A stretch of DNA of 63,748 nucleotides, filler included, from Globobulimina sp. (lineage: Eukaryota): assembly GCA_003354225.1 (NCBI GenBank). It is 37 parts of 37 records of this genome, joined end to end, with 100 filler letters (N's around TTAATTAATTAA, not from the genome) between each part and the next. Parts side by side here need not be neighbours in the genome. Positions count along the whole stretch, not along the records: positions 58,674 to 60,298 come from PIVH01013962.1; positions 60,399 to 62,023 come from PIVH01013963.1; positions 62,124 to 63,748 come from PIVH01013964.1; 34 more parts are not named here. The stretch is one strand, 5' to 3'. The notes beneath the pieces were generated by a model. It did no database searches. It saw nothing but the letters and a program-made list of their open reading frames with translations, and was not told where the DNA came from. The position numbers and the translations under genes are program-made. This document shows, piece after piece, positions 59,211 through 63,748 of the stretch. Positions within the stretch are counted from its first letter, which is position 1. Each line of letters opens with the position of its first letter.

Positions 59211-60067
59211 ATGTTAGCTTTTGGCTCCACAAAGATGAGCAAAATGAGTGATGCAGATCTGATTGCCTCACCATTCCTGTTTGATTTGAAGCGTCATTTT
59301 GCTCATTTATCCCATTTATTATATCTTGAAGTTATTGAATATGACACCAATTCTACAGAATATCAAACATATTTTATGCTTTATAAATACGACGACGACT
59401 ATTTCATCGATAATAAACCTGAATTAGCAGCGAATTTTGACGAAAGCAAATACAGCAAAAGCGAATCAATGGAAAGTCATTCACCAACACATTATATAAA
59501 CAATATCGACACCAAATTAATCATTCGATAGACACTCATTTAGGAATTTATTTATTGGAGACAATGTCCGATATAAATATCTTATTCGATTACATCGTAA
59601 CCCATAATATGCATTACATTGAATCGCATAATCTGAAACAACCTCAATTTATATCCTATAATCAATTACTTTTATTTATAAATCATGACAGATCCTTATT
59701 ATCCCGCGCCATCCGTATAATTTATGACCAATTATTCATTGCAACTATTTAAAAAATACCATTATAGCCAGTCCACAAAATAGCACATGTGCCAACAGTG
59801 AGAATCCCATCGATAAAAACGATAAAAATTTTGAATTTGACAAAAGAATTCGAGATAAAATAATTATTTGTGCCGCAGTTGAACAAATCAGCAAATTATT
59901 ACAATATATCCAGTTCGATGTTGATACCGTGGTTGGATTATATCACTCAAACAAACGACGACGACGCCGCAGGTATTTCCACTATGAATGACAACGCAGA
60001 CATATGCATGGCAAATATGAGGAAAATAATTCAACAAAAATTTGTTATTAGCAACCATGACCTTTAA
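59211..60067 (+). pseudogene. Fragmented coding-like region
   Basis: Successive short ORFs broken by stops and frameshifts, no clear introns. Confidence 0.35.
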
Positions 60068-60787
60068 CATATTGGTGGACTGTATGATATTTAGTTATTT
60101 AATACCAATTTGTTTTATGTCTCATTCATTATTTCCTCGTACCAATTTGGACAGTTTTTAGGCAAAATCATATTTAATAAGTTATTCCATTGTAAATATG
60201 ATGATATTTATCGCTTTATTTACCAATATTTTGTGTCAATTATTAATGCCCATTGCAGTGTATCAGCAATCTGTGTCTTTGATACTTTTGTTTCGATTNN
60301 NNNNNNNNNNNNNNNNNNNNNNNNNNNNNNNNNNNNNNNNNNTTAATTAATTAANNNNNNNNNNNNNNNNNNNNNNNNNNNNNNNNNNNNNNNNNNNNTC
60401 ATTTCAACGATTGGCAATGTTTTTGGGTTAGCTAGAGTGGTTTTTATATAACTTCGAATACTAGGTCATTGCTAGGATTACTTGAGTTGAAAACCACTCT
60501 AGAAAACCACCACTAGGTAAGTAAACGGGTCAAAAGCAGTGGAGTAATACCATTTTTACTGCGTTTTTTGGGTAAAAAAGTTAAATGCGTTTTTAGTACT
60601 TTTTACGACAAAAAAATGGAAATATCATATTTATTTATTACTCTTTTCATTTGTATGACCCATGGGCTCTTTTCGTAAACTGTATTTTGTTTGTTTACAA
60701 TTTTATCGGACTTATAAAGCGAACACAATATAATTAAACATCAAATATGATTGCATTGGATATATATGATAATTTTTGCAAGAAAAG

Positions 60788-62023
60788 TTATGATACGCGC
60801 CAAACCTCATAGTCACTCACCTTAAAGTTATATTCTCCAGCTAACTTGGTTTTGCTTGCATCAGCTGAATAAGTGGTACCTAAATGTGATTGGGACGTTT
60901 TATTATTATTGCATCCATCTGCTAAGTACAACTCATGTCCACCTCCGAATAATGGTCCATATGCTTTATGTCCATGTATTGCATATTCTGGTTGTTTGGT
61001 TGGTGTCCACTTTTCAGGTCTATCACCCTTAGCGCTCCTCAATAAAAAGATCCATGCCTTATCATCTCGTTTATAACCACCCGTATGAATCCATGATTGC
61101 TCCGTATAACCACCAAATACATGATTTTTCTCTGACAGAGCTATCACTAATGTTTTTCCTTTGTTGTCACATTTTGCATGAAACGTAGATGCCGCAAATC
61201 CATCACGACTTCCTCGAAACAATAACGTAAATTTACGTTGATCTGCATCCTCAATCCATTTCATTAATTGTATTGATTCAGAAACATCATAAATTATACT
61301 CGATGCCAAACGCACAAATCTTGGTGTTTCTGCATGTAATATAGACGAATACACGTCATTTGAACTGAATGTCGCAGCAATACGAAATTTATAACTTGTC
61401 AATCCAACTAATAAACCGATTTTGCCTTTTTCCGTCTTTCCATTCTCTTTTTTTTCCTCATCATCCACCTCCTTGTTATCATTTAAATTAATGGAAGTTT
61501 GGTGTTTTTTCAGTGACGTTAATTGTCTCCATCCATTTTCTGATTTTTTTTCATCATCACCAGCATTCTCATTTGTATTCCGTTGGAATTGCAACGTAAA
61601 TTTAGCAGTATCGGGTAAAGAAGTTGTCCACGCAATGATGGCTTTGGCGGCATCAAATTTTATTGCAGCAAAATTAATATCACAACCAATTACATCGTCC
61701 ATGTCCTCCACAAATTTTCTAAATAATTCTTGCTCATTTCTTGCGTATTTTAATTTGGGGTTCGTTGGTAATGCCATATCGTTATCCAAATATTTTTTAT
61801 ATTTTTCCAATCGCGTTTTTGAGGATTTAATATGTTGTGTGATGGCTATTTGTTTCTTGGTAATATCTAATTTTTTATCATTTAGTATTTCATTAAAATC
61901 AAAAGTAGTTTTTTCTAAATGTTGCAATGCTTCAGTTGCTGCAGTATATGTTTGCTTTATTGCAGACAATTTGTTATTTTTTATTGTTTCTAATTTTCGA
62001 AACGTTTGAGCTTGTTGTTGAGC
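60788..62023 (-). CDS. TLDc-domain protein with coiled coil and FN3-like region, partial
   Basis: LLFRGSRDGF, FHAKCDNKGKTL, VFGGYT, YGPLFGGG, YEVW. Confidence 0.93.
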   Translation of the reverse strand, partial: AQQQAQTFRKLETIKNNKLSAIKQTYTAATEALQHLEKTTFDFNEILNDKKLDITKKQIAITQHIKSSKTRLEKYKKYLDNDMALPTNPKLKYARNEQELFRKFVEDMDDVIGCDINFAAIKFDAAKAIIAWTTSLPDTAKFTLQFQRNTNENAGDDEKKSENGWRQLTSLKKHQTSINLNDNKEVDDEEKKENGKTEKGKIGLLVGLTSYKFRIAATFSSNDVYSSILHAETPRFVRLASSIIYDVSESIQLMKWIEDADQRKFTLLFRGSRDGFAASTFHAKCDNKGKTLVIALSEKNHVFGGYTEQSWIHTGGYKRDDKAWIFLLRSAKGDRPEKWTPTKQPEYAIHGHKAYGPLFGGGHELYLADGCNNNKTSQSHLGTTYSADASKTKLAGEYNFKVSDYEVWRVS

Positions 62024-62123
62024 NNNNNNNNNNNNNNNNNNNNNNNNNNNNNNNNNNNNNNNNNNNNTTAATTAATTAANNNNNNNNNNNNNNNNNNNNN
62101 NNNNNNNNNNNNNNNNNNNNNNN

Positions 62124-62900
62124 GTAAACAAAGGAGAGCATCGCCCAATCTCTCATGAATTTAAATTTATATTTGGCATCATTAAGTTTGTAATGATCAT
62201 CCACATATTCCGTGATATAAAACTGAGCCATTTGTAAGAATAACAATGTATAATTAACATTAGAATAAGCAAAGGTTGCACTCGCATTCAACTTCGACAC
62301 ATTCAGAAATTGATAAACTTCCGGTATTACAAATTCCTGTTTGTTGTATCTGCCATTAAATGGTTCCCCATGTTGACCAAAATGGTAAAAATAACCGGAT
62401 AAAATGGTATTCATCGGTTCTCTTAAAAAATGTAAGAAAACAGTATCATTCGGGCAATAATGAGTAGTACACGTTGCATTAAAAAATTCCAAATATAATG
62501 CATTTTCGAGTGATAAAATAGTATGATCGGGAGACTGAATAAAGGAACCACTGCAATAAGAGATTATAGTTTGTACCAATGCGCGTTCTAACATTATACC
62601 CATTTTATGCTCTCGTAGAATGTGTATGGTATTGGGGAATAACAATGCACACAGTTTTCTACGATGTGCATTTTTGGGATGTTTGTGATGTTTGAGAGGT
62701 GAATGTGTTGGAAGTGTTGATGGGGAAAGTATATTGATATCTGAATCGTGTTGGAAGCGCTTATTGGAAGTTATAGTTTCTTCTGATAATAGATTGAATA
62801 TTGAAGTCCATATACATAGGCATATTATAAGTACAATTGTAATTAAAATGCATGAAATTTTTAGACCACGATAGCTTGATCCACATTGTTCTAGGAGCAT
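62124..62900 (-). CDS. Type II membrane sulfotransferase-like protein, partial
   Basis: N-terminal TM; HKMG; LHFLREPMNTILSGYFYH. Confidence 0.7.
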
Positions 62901-63012
62901 ACTATTTATTCGAGCAACTTGAAACGTGCTTGAAAATAAAAAATATCTTTTTTACTACTTTATTAAAATCATCCTTGCCATTTCTAAAATAATCAATATA
63001 TTCATTACGTTG

Positions 63013-63748
63013 ATGGATACAGAGAACATTATTCTTTTTGCATCACAAAATGCCAAACCACCAAGATCAAGCAATAAAAGAGCGAAATACAGAAGAAATA
63101 AAATGAAAAAACTAAAATCTTCAAATACAGATTCTAACAACAAACAAACAAATAACAATGACCAAAATGATACACACAAACACACAATGCAGTCATATGA
63201 GCAATTTGGAACAACATATTACTGCCAATCACCATATCCGTTTGGTGATAGAATATCCGATTATACACACCTTAAAATATCACCATTTTTATTAAATTAT
63301 GATGCAACTCAACATATATTGATTTGTGGAGAATGCGATTTTTCATTTACGTGTGCTATCATTAGGAAAAGAAAAAGTGGCATGAATTGTTGTTCCACCG
63401 CATGGAATTATTATGATCAATGGATTGAGAGTATAACACAAGAAATCGGCGTCAACCAATTCAAAGTATTTGAAGAAAACTTAAAATTTTGTGTAGATAA
63501 TAAATGTAAAGTAACATTTGGTATCGATGGCAAATACATTGCTTTTACAGAATATAATTGGAATTTTGCGATGGATTCTAAATTTGATCGGATTATTTAT
63601 ACGTTTCCGAGAGTTAAAGATTGGCCAAATTATAATCAACAAAATGAGAAATTATTATTTGATCTATTAAATGCAGCAAGAAATTATTTAAATACAGACG
63701 GCGAAATCCATATTTTATTGTTGAATGATCAATTCACGAAATGGAAAA
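63013..63748 (+). CDS. DUF2431/BMT5-like rRNA methyltransferase domain protein, partial
   Basis: ILICGECDFSF, FGIDG, FDRIIYTFPRV, GEIHILL; not in the ORF track. Confidence 0.8.
   Translation, partial: MDTENIILFASQNAKPPRSSNKRAKYRRNKMKKLKSSNTDSNNKQTNNNDQNDTHKHTMQSYEQFGTTYYCQSPYPFGDRISDYTHLKISPFLLNYDATQHILICGECDFSFTCAIIRKRKSGMNCCSTAWNYYDQWIESITQEIGVNQFKVFEENLKFCVDNKCKVTFGIDGKYIAFTEYNWNFAMDSKFDRIIYTFPRVKDWPNYNQQNEKLLFDLLNAARNYLNTDGEIHILLLNDQFTKWK

Noticed and set aside
1628-62123. Regular TTAATTAATTAA motif every ~1.7 kb as a biological repeat, telomere or nanochromosome boundary
   Set aside because: Always embedded in 44+44 N, genes are cut mid-frame at the edges, and contig lengths decrease monotonically: an artificial linker.

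Overview
This is not a contiguous locus. It is 37 unrelated short contigs, each 1625-1627 bp and apparently length-sorted, joined by 36 artificial 100-nt spacers (44 N + TTAATTAATTAA + 44 N), so gene neighbourhood is only meaningful within a contig. Most contigs are AT-rich, standard-code eukaryotic nuclear DNA with short GT-AG introns. They encode beta-tubulin, a CDK, GDH, BOP1, TDP2, RecQ, RasGEF, Rab, G-alpha, sphingosine kinase, TLDc, MYND and Kelch/PT-stalk surface proteins; by inference the source is a protist, plausibly a foraminiferan/rhizarian. One contig is T4-like phage DNA, and several have GC-richer bacterial fragments joined on, probably assembly chimeras. The most interesting signals are from mobile elements: (1) a Penelope-like RT with no C-terminal endonuclease, followed by a structured 3' region with three tandem hairpin units of constant flanks and variable stems, a ~100-bp repeat pair and a SECIS/hammerhead-like fold; (2) a minimal hammerhead ribozyme on another contig; (3) a UIM + USP-like protease + PHD gene bracketed by TGATCA repeat arrays; (4) an SF1 helicase fused to duplicated signal-peptide/TM/coiled-coil modules; (5) a probable intron that is almost entirely a hairpin. 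All family calls are by eye; no searches were run.
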